IMG/VR virus record: IMGVR_UViG_3300035492_000074
Span: 1-45,149 of that record
DNA length: 45,149 bases
Origin: a virus
Reading direction: 5' to 3' (one strand)
Of this stretch, positions 31,301-38,504 are shown one piece after another. The notes beneath the pieces were generated by a model. It was not told the DNA's origin. It did not search any database and saw only the letters and a list, made by a program, of their open reading frames with translations. The position numbers and the translations under genes are program-made. Position 1 is the first letter of the stretch; the number at the start of each line of letters is the position of its first letter.

Positions 31301-32440
31301 CTCGGGGCGCTCGGCCAGGTAGTCGTTCCACGTCTTGGTGGGGTTGGCAATAGCGGTGTCGATGGCGTCCTGCGCGAGCGTGGCGATCTGCTCGCCGGCC
31401 ATGTCGCGTCCCAGGAAGCCGGCGAAGAAGTCGGTGAGGCCAGCCTTGCCCAATCGGTCGACGGCGAACTTCATCGGTACCAGCTCGGTAAGCACCTCCA
31501 CCGAGGCCTCGCCGGCGGCGCCCAGGCTCGCCATGCCCTTGCTCGCGTCGCGCCCGCGGTAGCGACCGTAGGCCTCGCCATAGGTCTGCAGGCCCATCAG
31601 CCCCAGGCCCAGCGCAGGGCTACCGGTGGCCATTGACAGGCCCATCGCGGGTGCCGTCTGCGCGAGCGAGGAGAAGCCGCCGTAGGTCCAGCGCGCGACG
31701 TTGGTGTCGAACTCGGGCGTGGCAAGCTGCCGCTCGAAGTCAAGCTGCCCGCGCTGGCGGTTGTACTGTTCGGTGCGCTCCTCGTTGCCGCCGAACAGAT
31801 CGCCGATCTGCTGGGCCAGACCGAGCTTGGCGGACTTGAACCCGGTAGTGGCGTCGGTGGCCAGGCCGGAGAGGATGTTGCCGGGGGCGGCCTCGGGCTG
31901 TCGAATCTCGCCGATGATGCCGGTTGCACGCAGCAGTTCGCGGCGCTGCTGCTGGCGGCGGCTGAGCGCGGAAGCCGCGGCGAAGCCCTCGGTGCGCAGC
32001 ACCCGCTCGCGCTCGCGCCGCTCGGCGGCGTAGTCAGGGAGCAGGCGGTCTGTCGCGGCTTGCGTGGGGCCCACGCCCAGGTCGCCTAGCATGTTCTGAT
32101 CGATCCGGCCGCGGATCGCCTGCTCGACGGCCGACAGCTGCTCGACGTCGTCGCGGGCCACCAGCGCGTTGTCCGGGTTGGCCAGATAGGCGGCGGCGGT
32201 GGGGAAGCGCTTGGCGTAGTCGGTGGCGTCGAAACTCTCCTGCGCGACCGCTTGCTTGGTCGCGGCGGGGTCGGTGCGGGCGGTTTCAAGAGGGATGCCC
32301 AACCGGCGCGAGGCCGCGCGCAGTTGGGATTCATCATCTGGTGAAGTGGTGGAGCGTGATGCGACCGAGAGGCTGTTGCTCAAGTCCCGCGCCAGGATTT
32401 GTGGATCGACATAGAGCGGGATGTTCTTTTCGTCAGCCAT
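22397..32440 (-). CDS. Giant multidomain (polyvalent) internal virion/ejection protein, 3347 aa
   Basis: A single uninterrupted ORF with consistent GC3, occupying the gp16 position of a T7-like structural cluster. It contains an ART-like module (aa ~1876-2057, FWRWFGDSKIVDDQGRPLVVYHST...EIVVFDPTQIKSAIGNTGGFDPADPNILNQ). It also contains HExxH (FLHETGHFFFE, aa 2085), VHDAFGHG (aa 1751), long coiled-coil stretches, and hydrophobic segments near both termini. Confidence 0.85.
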   Translation of the reverse strand: MADEKNIPLYVDPQILARDLSNSLSVASRSTTSPDDESQLRAASRRLGIPLETARTDPAATKQAVAQESFDATDYAKRFPTAAAYLANPDNALVARDDVEQLSAVEQAIRGRIDQNMLGDLGVGPTQAATDRLLPDYAAERRERERVLRTEGFAAASALSRRQQQRRELLRATGIIGEIRQPEAAPGNILSGLATDATTGFKSAKLGLAQQIGDLFGGNEERTEQYNRQRGQLDFERQLATPEFDTNVARWTYGGFSSLAQTAPAMGLSMATGSPALGLGLMGLQTYGEAYGRYRGRDASKGMASLGAAGEASVEVLTELVPMKFAVDRLGKAGLTDFFAGFLGRDMAGEQIATLAQDAIDTAIANPTKTWNDYLAERPEAAIQTAFATLVQSGTLATIGEGVGRLAGTLDRNQYAADTANQNAQQLADLMTAAAASMTRQRDPQTFAQLVQGAAEDSGSSPTEIFIDARVLAPLLESAGMTPEQLAQSLPSVQEQLEEALATDGAVAIPIGEATAAFAGSGLEQEIVRNARVSEDAWTAAEAEEGAQLLAQLEQDAQKVLAEQTEAQAWEDSSNAVFDTLMGELSKAGRFTPDVNRAYATLVRNFYAVQASKLGITPQEMYARFPLTVTSRAPGQQQAQVLDQYASSVTPEAKPGALTVQGVHFSTTRRPVLDGRFFGTGLKGAERARLAGLPEDSPLRSRVLAYVDEGAGVRPEQGVGSVEHGVTMSNIYDTGKDPLGIWTGADANAREQAVLDAGFDGYYVPGVMAVGGGKTSGVVALLGEAAYNVPTTERAAPAEAAAQARSPLQAALDALDASNRLPAGQIAPSRLGELTERLEPELYATLAPTGMFEGNEPRYRADIIADARNSEVFNQSLSTRVPSAVRATEDALANVLAIDFASVLADEKTLAKNAATLRAMPNMRPTKARKPAKVVEQFVEHVVDNLLFLHDLMPAEQRDRAKLWYDGGRKMAEAWANRYGISEMQAAAAIAVLSPQNDWFQNVSAAERTADILFGMRDFQWDDAMSVEADRILGDKTDPKMELARGKKLSELLDRPDLAARWVRVFDQTHNSRAFNVLTPEGGAAGLRTTASGNPATMAWKTYDNIAAAISIYLDGRAENVFHQLGREHKVRNFYNNIFDPKSEMGFATIDTHAVAAALLRPLAGGDLEVVQNFGGAGSASSSITGLSGTYPIYLEAYRRAAEARGLLPREMQSITWEAVRGLFEGPRKNAMKAPANAIWERYKAGEIDQAQAQAEIVKLAGHITPPTWTEAEFNDTPGRTYEGDAQRAIDERGDAGAGEAAEARVMFEVAPDPNDAALTEQWNALSDAERLEISQQVAAQVVPKVLAELSTTGDFVMQLGGYLGATNPSMTLRLDRPELAVQAAKLLGHALAQDSMMVVTETQAIGTEPVGAVTISLPEGYGANEVTALYDRLFELQENGEPLVGGHTTANGQMTILNYSALSNEDLAGRINEHLGDEFQIHVDQVYSAFPQKSEYGYASDQQDGATAPGKSSAQRRPDSLRREATQLVREALAARAEPEGVDPAAAERAIFNQGALTDAQGARAGGDRAGRYSSGSLAPLEGAPTVEGATGPDPRLVAVAEQYARENGIPLRRQAQYVEVDPERAARIAAAYEAMPHAPQDPVVKEAFENLIRQTMAQYKALETAGYQFYLVDETNDPYAGNPWNAMRDLRANQRMGVFATEAGFGSGATELNVDDNPLLADTGLTWPYGSPDGPPKRVLANDLFRAVHDAFGHGLEGAGFRARGEENAWQAHVRLFTGSAVAAITTETRGQNSWLNYGPYGEQNRTAKVEDTVFADQKTGLMPEWTWTEGRVADEAEQGDVFNQSAQTDTILVEGIARPTTNSNGAPLSQTEEGIQAFWRWFGDSKIVDDQGRPLVVYHSTLDDKQVFDKHGQFMGYTGVSGISVTDNPEMASRYLDRYDEFGWVDGKPNQPFQKNVMPLYVRAENPLERDEPIRTNIPLGAPLPEGYVSEVEKQGYDALIRNDAISRKGGVKHSDAKNAIRGREIVVFDPTQIKSAIGNTGGFDPADPNILNQPGQARATFNPSTLNIALLEKADLSSFLHETGHFFFEMQATLAAQPNAPAEVVADMQTLLDHVGYTGTAAEWLAQPLNARREAHETIAETFEQYLFEGKAPSAELQSVFRRFRSWLISVYRSLQQMLATNERASLNPEVAAVFDRMIATDEAIAAAQAVRQFEPLFRSAEDAGMEPEAWAEYQATLQEQQAEAIEELQARTLRDLKWLDNARGRKLKELQKAAQALRKAVRDEVTAEVNEQPIYKAMEFLKFGSLTDEDGSQIQIEVTKAAKLNITELERMYPEGELGTGVEWRKLGYGKYGMLSDAGLHPDTVAEMFGFRSGRQLVTELLNAEPKASVIEGMTDQRMLERHGDISSPEAMAEAANEALANDARSRLVATELKAVTKATGSPAALTRAARQAAEQIVAAKPVRNLRPDLAAASAARARKAAEKAMASGDTAAAAQAKRTEILQVQLERAQRRAQQEHDKALAGFKKIFKGTNEKLAKSRDVAMVTAARAVLARYGLAPNTSAANAQAYQQLLENYDGAMAADIKSILQGLPPSVDFRDLTVEQFRGMRDVVNGLYYLSRRTRQMEIDGQKVDIDAIADELVAIVTERSGGTIPPLPGYTGTPTGLDKWKASLLSAKASLTRVETWADNWGPAFKRYIWQPVSEATTIMRDKRNALVAQYRDLLKSIEKGITYNKIDAPELGPTGFVFNAGKSELLHAVLHSGNQSNLTKLLLGRGWGTLDANGQLDTSKWDQFITRMINEGVLTKADFDFAQGVWDLLETVKKDAQAAHKEMYGYYFNEVTADPINTPFGTYRGGYVPALADSLSSPDMAQKREQEELLHAGNSFMFPTTGKGFTQSRVFYNKPLELDLRAIGQHLDKVSRFAYLEPAIRDVAQLMGNKRVARALNGASPGAISDMLTPWLQRTARQSASMPGKNPKMNRFFNGLRSRTGLLFMFGNIVNTLQQLTGFSLAALKVPAPKLLRATASYLAHPLKMRQQVGERSPWLAERMANQSYAMQDQIDQILTNPNPYEQFTDFVRRHAYFLQQAMQNVMDPIIWTGGYDHAIAQGATEKEARRYADETVRTTQGSFAPEDISAFEVQSPFVRLFTQFYGYFNMWGNLIGNEANKAVREAGFVRASPRLMFIWFAGLAIPAFVAELISQGTPDDEDDEDGDGLLDEWLAMFFGSQAKSLATMIPIAGHGAVLVANQSDSRVWNDRLNVGPALSAGESAGKGLAAILTGEVFDEEFTKTEFRSLLTLLGLGTGLPVAPVARAGGYLFDVESGRKDPQSAAEMGIGIATGR

Positions 32441-32454
32441 GTGATGGGGTCCGT

Positions 32455-34599
32455 TTATTGCTGCCTGAGGTCTCCCATGAAGAACGCTTCCAGCATCTGC
32501 TGATCTGTCGGCTCGTCGATGCCTTGAGCCCGGAAGTCAGCTTCGATTGCAGTGCGTAGCTCTTTGGGTATGTCGCCGACAGTAGCGCCGAACAGTGTGG
32601 CTTTGCGCACCTCGTCTGCGTTGCCCATGAACCGGGAGAGCCAGCTTTCGTTCTTGAACGAGCGCGTTTTCAGGAACAGCTCGTCGACCACTTTCGTGAT
32701 CTCCGCGTCGTTGAACGCGCGGCCCTCGGCCTGCTGGCGCAGAAGCACCTCGTCGTTGATCGTCTTGCGGATCGCGCCGACTCTAGCAAGTGCTGCACCG
32801 CCCTTGGCTTTGGGGTCCAGCCCCATGCTCTGCAGCCGGCTGTCCACCACGTTGTTGATCATCGCCTGGTCCAGCGTGCCGGGTGCCTTCTCGCCGGTTG
32901 GGGTTCGGCCGCGCATGTCGGAGAACTTCTTGAAGTCCGACTCCGACAGGTACTGGCGCTGGGCGTAGAACTCGCTCTCGCTCATGTTGCGCACGCGCTC
33001 GGGGTCGCTAGCCAGCAGCTGGTAGGTGGCCAGGTCCGAATGTTGCCGACCGTTGCCGCGCACCGTCTCCTCGTACTTGCGCAGATCGTCCCACTTGCTT
33101 GGGTCCACCTTATCGCGGATCTCGCGGGGGATGGTGTCGTAGCGCCCGCCGTTCTCGATGTGGCGCATGCCCTCGGCGAAGGCGTTGCTGCGGGTCTCGG
33201 CCTGGCCTTTGGTGTAGAGGGTGTAGCGGCGGTTCAGCTCCTCGCGGGCCTTCTGCAGGGCGTTCGGGCGGGTGCGCAGATCCGGGTCGGCGTCGAGGCG
33301 CGCGTGTAGCTCCTCCAGCGACGGCGTGGCCGGGCGGCCTTCGCCCTTCGCGTAGGCCTGCAGGTTCCTGGCGACGTAGTTTTGCGTCTCCGTGGGCAGC
33401 TTGTCCAACCAGCCCGCGGGGTTGCCTTCGTCGGCGGCCTCCTCGAGTGCCTTGTTCACCGCCCCCGGTCCGGCGTTGTAGGCCGCCCAGGCGTGTGCCA
33501 GGTTGCCGTCGTACTCCCGCACCATGGCGTGCAGATAGTCACGCCCCACGCGCGCCCGCTCGTCCGGGGAGTCGTCCGCGGCCGGGCGCACGCCATAGCC
33601 GGGGTCGAGGTTCGTGCCGTCCATCACCTGCATCTCGCCCTTGGCGCCGGCCGGGGAGGTCAGCAGCTGGCCGTCCGCGCCGAAGCGCCGGCCGCCCGAC
33701 TCGGTCTGCATGGTGATCGCGGTCACCCGGTCCATGTCGGTCGGGTTGTCCGCCTGGGTGTATGCCGTGAACGTCTGGTTGGCCTTGGCGTTGCCGATGT
33801 AGACCGAGGCCAGCTCGTCGACGCTGGCACGGGCCTTGAGGAGATCCGCGGGGTCCATCTGCGCCTTGTAGGTCCGCAGGTACTGCTCCGCGTAGAGCGG
33901 GTTGTTGGTGGCCAGCGCCTGCTCGATGGCGCCGAGGTGGGCGGCGCTCACGAGTTTGGTGGTGCGGTCTTCGATCTGCACGGCGGACAGGCCACGCAGG
34001 CGACCGTCCTTCATGGCTGCGGCGCGGATCGACAGCACCGACTGATCGATGCGGGCGGGGTCGTTGTAGAAGGCGGCCATCTCCCGGCTGGCGGTGGCGA
34101 CGGTGCCCTCGGCCACGGAGAGCTGGTAGTTGGTGTTCTCCTGCCCCTCGTAGTTCATCAGGTTGCCGCGGAACTGCGCCAAGCGCTCGGCTGCGCGCTG
34201 CTGGAATAGCTGGCGCTGCGCCTCGTTGCCAAGGCTCTGGGCCAGCTCGCTGGTGCGGGCGTTCAGCCGCTCGTAATACTCGTCGGACAGGGGCTTGTTA
34301 TCCGGGCGCTGTAGCGCCTGCACGCCCTTCAACCGGGTGTAGCCGTTCTGCTCGCTGTAGGTGAGGTCTAGCTCCGCCTCGCGTAGTTGATTGAGTGCGT
34401 CGTCGACGCGGGACTGGTTGGCCTCCTGCTGAGCGCGCTCGAACGCGCCGGCCAGATTGCCAAGGCCTTGGGAGAGCTGGCCAAGTTCACGCGCCTGGGC
34501 GGCGCCGAAGGCGTCATCCGGGGTGGCGACTTGAACCCGCGCGCCCGGCAGAGCTTGGGTGCGGACCTGGGGTCCGTCAACGACTGGAACGCGGGCCAT
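32455..34599 (-). CDS. Internal virion protein with a lytic transglycosylase (SLT) domain
   Basis: SLT motifs are MQTESGG (catalytic Glu, about nt 33700-33702), GEMQVMDGT and AAYNAGPG. The ATG at 34599 overlaps the upstream stop (TGATG) with GGGGGTGG upstream. A GTG at 34608 is the ORF-track start. Confidence 0.85.
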   Translation of the reverse strand: MARVPVVDGPQVRTQALPGARVQVATPDDAFGAAQARELGQLSQGLGNLAGAFERAQQEANQSRVDDALNQLREAELDLTYSEQNGYTRLKGVQALQRPDNKPLSDEYYERLNARTSELAQSLGNEAQRQLFQQRAAERLAQFRGNLMNYEGQENTNYQLSVAEGTVATASREMAAFYNDPARIDQSVLSIRAAAMKDGRLRGLSAVQIEDRTTKLVSAAHLGAIEQALATNNPLYAEQYLRTYKAQMDPADLLKARASVDELASVYIGNAKANQTFTAYTQADNPTDMDRVTAITMQTESGGRRFGADGQLLTSPAGAKGEMQVMDGTNLDPGYGVRPAADDSPDERARVGRDYLHAMVREYDGNLAHAWAAYNAGPGAVNKALEEAADEGNPAGWLDKLPTETQNYVARNLQAYAKGEGRPATPSLEELHARLDADPDLRTRPNALQKAREELNRRYTLYTKGQAETRSNAFAEGMRHIENGGRYDTIPREIRDKVDPSKWDDLRKYEETVRGNGRQHSDLATYQLLASDPERVRNMSESEFYAQRQYLSESDFKKFSDMRGRTPTGEKAPGTLDQAMINNVVDSRLQSMGLDPKAKGGAALARVGAIRKTINDEVLLRQQAEGRAFNDAEITKVVDELFLKTRSFKNESWLSRFMGNADEVRKATLFGATVGDIPKELRTAIEADFRAQGIDEPTDQQMLEAFFMGDLRQQ

Positions 34600-35120
34600 C
34601 AGGACCACCCCCAGCTCTTCAGCCTTGCCTGGCCAGCGTCTGTGGCAGCGAACTGGCCTGCAGAGCTGAGCAGCGACAGGCCGGCGGCGCGAGTGGAGTT
34701 TTGCGCGCGGGCGGCGCTCGAGTACATCTGCGAGCTGGCCATCTCGTTGTCAGCCTGCACGCTATACCCCCACGCCTCGCGGGCGGCGTTGTTGCGGATC
34801 GTCTGGACGTCCTGCGCACCGAAGAACGCGGTGTCCTCGAGGATCGACAGTGACGAGCCGGAGGTGATGTCCAGGCCGTTGCTGGCCAGGCGCGCCACCT
34901 GAGTGCCGCGCATGCGCTCGGCTTGGCGGGCGGCCTGCTGGGCGTCCTCCTCGCCGCGGCGCAGCGCGTCCTCGCGCTGGTAGCCTGCCATGGTGGCGTT
35001 GGCCTGGGCCACGTCGGACTGATACTCGGCCTGCGCTTTTGCCGCTTGGCTCGACGAGTAGGCCCCGTACGCCCCAACGGCGGCGGACGCTGCTAAGAGG
35101 ATGGTTGTGGGTTCGCACAT
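34599..35120 (-). CDS. Internal virion protein (173 aa, N-terminal hydrophobic segment), in the T7 gp14 position
   Basis: MCEPTTILLAASAAVGAYGAYSS is followed by a Gln/Ala-rich helical region. Synteny places it between the GNAT-like and SLT proteins. Confidence 0.7.
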   Translation of the reverse strand: MCEPTTILLAASAAVGAYGAYSSSQAAKAQAEYQSDVAQANATMAGYQREDALRRGEEDAQQAARQAERMRGTQVARLASNGLDITSGSSLSILEDTAFFGAQDVQTIRNNAAREAWGYSVQADNEMASSQMYSSAARAQNSTRAAGLSLLSSAGQFAATDAGQARLKSWGWS

Positions 35121-35123
35121 GGC

Positions 35124-35570
35124 TTATGCCTTCATCTCGAAAAGGTGGAAGGGGAGCTGCGCCGCACCGTAGGGGACTGCCGGGTGGATCGTGAACCCAA
35201 GTCGCTTAAGCCAGCGGATGCTGCGGGCGTTGCGCGCGTCCACGAAGTTTATCAGGTGTGGGTAGTGGGTCAGCATGCCGGTAACGTACCCTCGGCACCT
35301 ACGCATTAGCGCACCGGGGTGGCGGTCCAGCTCGTTGGTGCCCAGCATCCAGGGTGCGCCGCGACGCCCTAGCAGCCCGTCGAGCGGAGCCAGGCCGAAC
35401 ACGCAGGCCACCTTGCCCTCCACCAGGCCAACCAGCGTCCAGATGGAGTGCTCCGGAGACTGGCGCACGGTCGCCTCAACCTCGCCGGAGGCGGCGAGCA
35501 CCTCGTCGTAGTCCGCCTGCCGCAGGTCGCGCAGCAGCTCGTCCAAGTCGCCCGGCTGCAGTGGGCGCAC
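35124..35570 (-). CDS. GNAT-fold acetyltransferase-like protein (internal virion protein A-like position)
   Basis: The GTG at 35570 lies 8 nt after the upstream stop, with AAGGTAGAG upstream. Motif: ...VACVFGLAPLDGLLGRRGAPWMLGTNELDRHPGALMRRCRGYV..LINFVDARNARSIRWLKRLGFTI. The upstream 110 codons of the 258-aa ORF overlap the preceding gene and are a shadow. Confidence 0.65.
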   Translation of the reverse strand: MRPLQPGDLDELLRDLRQADYDEVLAASGEVEATVRQSPEHSIWTLVGLVEGKVACVFGLAPLDGLLGRRGAPWMLGTNELDRHPGALMRRCRGYVTGMLTHYPHLINFVDARNARSIRWLKRLGFTIHPAVPYGAAQLPFHLFEMKA

Positions 35571-35577
35571 CTCTACC

Positions 35578-37818
35578 TTAACGGCCAACGGCCACCTCCA
35601 GCGCAAGCGATTGAACGACCAGCGGCAGCGGCGAGGCCTGCCGGATGTAGATGGCACCCTCCCGGTCCCAGGTAGTGGTGATCGGGATCTCGATCTCGCC
35701 GGTAGTGAGCGCAGGCGGCGAGCCGTAGGGCTCCTCGCTGCGCTGCTTGTACTCGGTGAGGTGGTCCACGTCTGGGCCGACGAACACGCCGCTCGACCGG
35801 TAAACCCGCAGGAACACGCGGCTGACGTTCTTGACGTAGGACGGCCCGCCGGTGGCGGTCCCTTCAAGGGAGAGCGGCAGGGTCTTGAACTCGGACACAA
35901 TCGGCAGGCCGATGTGGGCCTTGCTGACGGGTTGCTCCAGTTCGATCTGGCCGTTGACGACCTCCCGCTCGGAGAACACCGCGCCGTCGCCCAGGATCGC
36001 GACGGTTTGGCCCTCCAGGTGCCACAGGCCGGAGATGGTGGTCACCTCAGGGCCTGAGTAGGTCAGGCCGCTGTCGACGAAGAAGGCGTCTTCTTGCGCA
36101 CCGAAAAGCATCGAGTTCAGGCGCTCGATGTAGCGCACGCTGCGCCCATCGATCTCGCGCTGCACGACCACATAGAGGGCATCCTCGTTGGCCTCAGCCA
36201 CGCAGGCGACGCTCTCGAATTTGCCGTTGGCGGTCGTGTGCTGGTGCCAGGCGCGGACCAGCTGCTCCGGCAGGTAGGTTAGCCCGAGCAACGTGCCGTC
36301 ATTGCGCACCGCCCACACGAGCGGCGTAGGCCCGCGCGAGAACGCGAGGTCCGAGATCAGGTAGCCGTCGGTCAGGTGGGGCACCAGCACCGACAGGTCT
36401 TCGGACTGGTAGCTGCCCACGCCCTCGGCGCTGTAGATCAGCTCGCGGAACTTGCTGCCCTGCGCGGAGACGTAGATCGCCGACAGCGAGGTGACCACCG
36501 GCTGCACGTTGTTCGCACCAACGTAGGACTGCGGGCGCGCGATCAGGCTCGACGGGGTGACCGGCTCACCGGAGCCAGTGAACACGCGCCACTCACCGCC
36601 GGCCGTGAGTAGGATCAGGTCGGACAGCGGGACCAGATGCCGGATGCGGTTCTGCTGGCGCGCGGCAATCTTGAACTCGATGGCGTCGTCGTCCTGCACC
36701 GGCAGGCTGGTGCCGAGGTTCGTCTCGCTGCCCGACTTGGTCATCCAAGTGGTCTGCGGCAAGTTGTTCGTCGCCGAGAACACACGGCGCTGATCGAAGT
36801 AGCCCACCGCACTCGGGAAGTTGTTGGTCCCGGTGAAGGGCTCGTACCCTTCCGGCGGCGTGCGCAAGGTGTCGGGCGAGATGTTGTTGTCGATCAGGCT
36901 GAGCGCGTTGGTCTGGCCGATGTAGCCATAGACGCCACCCTGGTAGCGGTAGACGTTGTACCGGGCGGCGTTGGCTACGGCGCTCCACGAGACGGTGTTG
37001 CGGTTGGCGAACTGGCCCAGGTTGTTGGTGATCGACACCACAGCGGACGCCTCGGACTCCTCGACGCCGGAGCTGTTGACCGCGGTCACGACGTAGCTGT
37101 ATGTGCGCTGTGCCGTGGTGTCCGCGTGTTCTTCCTTGGTGATGCTCACGCCCGTCGGCACGGCCATGATCGGCGCGAAAGAGATCGTGGACAGCACCCA
37201 GTTGGTGTTCCCTAGGCGGCGCAGCTCGCGCGGCGCGAATAGCGGATGTACGAGTGTCAGCACGTCCGAGGACTGGACGTAGTGGATGTCGAACAGGTGA
37301 GACTCTTGGAACGGGGTGGCGATCTCGTATACCCGAGCCACGGTAGACCCAGTTGGGGTGACCGCTACGTTGCCAAGATCGCTGACGATGAAGTTGCTGG
37401 CGTCGACGACGGACGCCACCTTGAGGAACCGACCACCGATATAGACCCAGTCGCCAGCGCTGTAGCCATGCGCGGCGACGGTCACCGTCGAGCCCGCGAT
37501 CCCGGTGACCGCCTTGGTGCTCTCCAGTATGGTGCCGCCGTTGGTGTGAAACCGGAGGTATTGATGCCCGACCTCCAGCACCGCCGTCTCGTCCGCGGAG
37601 AACGAGAACGGGATCAGCCGCACTTGGCGGCTACTGTCCTTGCACTCGTTGACGAAAGCGAAGCCGGGGCGGTTCTGCACCGGGCCGTGCGGCAGCACGA
37701 TGAAGTTCTTGCAGGAGGCGAGACCGGTTTGGAACTTGTCCAGGTCCATCCGCCCGAATAGCTCCGGGCTGATCTCGCCGCCCGCAAAGCTGCGGGCTAC
37801 AGTGCGGGCGGTGGTCAT
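35578..37818 (-). CDS. Tail tubular protein B-like (nozzle)
   Basis: 746 aa. The N-terminus reads MTTARTVARSFAGGEISPELFGRMDLDKFQTGLASCKNFIVLPHGPVQNRPG. Size and position match T7 gp12-type proteins. There is an ATGA overlap with the upstream gene. Confidence 0.65.
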   Translation of the reverse strand: MTTARTVARSFAGGEISPELFGRMDLDKFQTGLASCKNFIVLPHGPVQNRPGFAFVNECKDSSRQVRLIPFSFSADETAVLEVGHQYLRFHTNGGTILESTKAVTGIAGSTVTVAAHGYSAGDWVYIGGRFLKVASVVDASNFIVSDLGNVAVTPTGSTVARVYEIATPFQESHLFDIHYVQSSDVLTLVHPLFAPRELRRLGNTNWVLSTISFAPIMAVPTGVSITKEEHADTTAQRTYSYVVTAVNSSGVEESEASAVVSITNNLGQFANRNTVSWSAVANAARYNVYRYQGGVYGYIGQTNALSLIDNNISPDTLRTPPEGYEPFTGTNNFPSAVGYFDQRRVFSATNNLPQTTWMTKSGSETNLGTSLPVQDDDAIEFKIAARQQNRIRHLVPLSDLILLTAGGEWRVFTGSGEPVTPSSLIARPQSYVGANNVQPVVTSLSAIYVSAQGSKFRELIYSAEGVGSYQSEDLSVLVPHLTDGYLISDLAFSRGPTPLVWAVRNDGTLLGLTYLPEQLVRAWHQHTTANGKFESVACVAEANEDALYVVVQREIDGRSVRYIERLNSMLFGAQEDAFFVDSGLTYSGPEVTTISGLWHLEGQTVAILGDGAVFSEREVVNGQIELEQPVSKAHIGLPIVSEFKTLPLSLEGTATGGPSYVKNVSRVFLRVYRSSGVFVGPDVDHLTEYKQRSEEPYGSPPALTTGEIEIPITTTWDREGAIYIRQASPLPLVVQSLALEVAVGR

Positions 37819-38441
37819 CGCTGACTAATCCAGTGGGGGGTGTGTTGGTTCGTAGTCTGGCCGCCGTTGGCTACGCTTTGCGCACTGAGTGAGAGATCGC
37901 GCTCGAACATCTCGTAGCACCACTGCTTGATATCCATGTCGCGCGTGATCGCCCCGGCGAGGTAGCTGGCCAGCAGCCAGGCCACTGCGCTGACGAAGAG
38001 CGGCGGGAACTTGGTGGTGTCGCTGATGCGGCGCAGGTAGAGCAGCTCGACGTCCTCGCGCGAGGTGTAGATGAACGCACCCTCGACCGCGAAGTCGTCC
38101 ACCGCGGGGCGCCCCCCGGGCTGCGGCCGATCCGGGTAGATGGCGGCGAACACCTCGACGTGCGTGCCGGGTTGGGCAACGGATATCGGGCGGATGCAGT
38201 CCGCTGGCAGGGCGTACTTGAACTGCCACGAGGGGTGATCGTTCTCGACCTGGGCCAGCACCACACGCTTTAGTGCAAAGGACCAGTTGCGCATCTCCAG
38301 CGCGGTGTCGCGCGCAAGCGGGTAGAAGCGCTCGCACTTCTCTGCGTGGGCGCTGCCCTCCGGCGGGTCGATGCTCGAGATGTTGGGGATCTCGCCGAGG
38401 TGGGCGAGCGCCAGGTTGCAGATGTCTACGACAGAGGCCAT
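37815..38441 (-). CDS. Tail tubular protein A-like (adaptor/gatekeeper)
   Basis: The ATG at 38441 with GGAGA 7 nt upstream gives MASVVDICNLALAHLGEIPNISSIDPPEGSAHAEKCERFYPLARDTALEMRNWSFA. The size of 208 aa matches gp11-type proteins. The upstream ATG at 38471 lies inside the terminator loop. Confidence 0.65.
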   Translation of the reverse strand: MASVVDICNLALAHLGEIPNISSIDPPEGSAHAEKCERFYPLARDTALEMRNWSFALKRVVLAQVENDHPSWQFKYALPADCIRPISVAQPGTHVEVFAAIYPDRPQPGGRPAVDDFAVEGAFIYTSREDVELLYLRRISDTTKFPPLFVSAVAWLLASYLAGAITRDMDIKQWCYEMFERDLSLSAQSVANGGQTTNQHTPHWISQR

Positions 38442-38451
38442 GCGGTTGTCT

Positions 38452-38482
38452 CCAAAAAGAAAAGGGGCCATGAGGCCCCTTT
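38452..38482 (-). terminator. Intrinsic terminator inside the structural operon (after the capsid-associated genes)
   Basis: The minus strand reads AAAGGGGCC-TCAT-GGCCCCTTT followed by TTCTTTTTGG. It lies between the stop at 38505 and the start at 38441. Confidence 0.7.
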
Positions 38483-38504
38483 ACTGGTTTGCGCTGGGGC
38501 CTGG

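Noticed and set aside
22703-31636. Series of long + strand ORFs (22703..24160, 25217..26149, 26579..27904, 27932..29209, 29231..31636) antisense to the giant gene
   Set aside because: All are antisense shadows with repetitive R/G/A/L/H composition. The minus-strand frame is continuous over 10 kb and contains recognisable motifs.
35571-35900. N-terminal 110 codons of the 258-aa ORF 35124..35900
   Set aside because: They overlap the 3' end of the tubular B gene in another frame and give Pro/Arg/Ser-rich sequence. A GTG with an RBS at 35570, just after the upstream stop, gives a compact GNAT-like protein.
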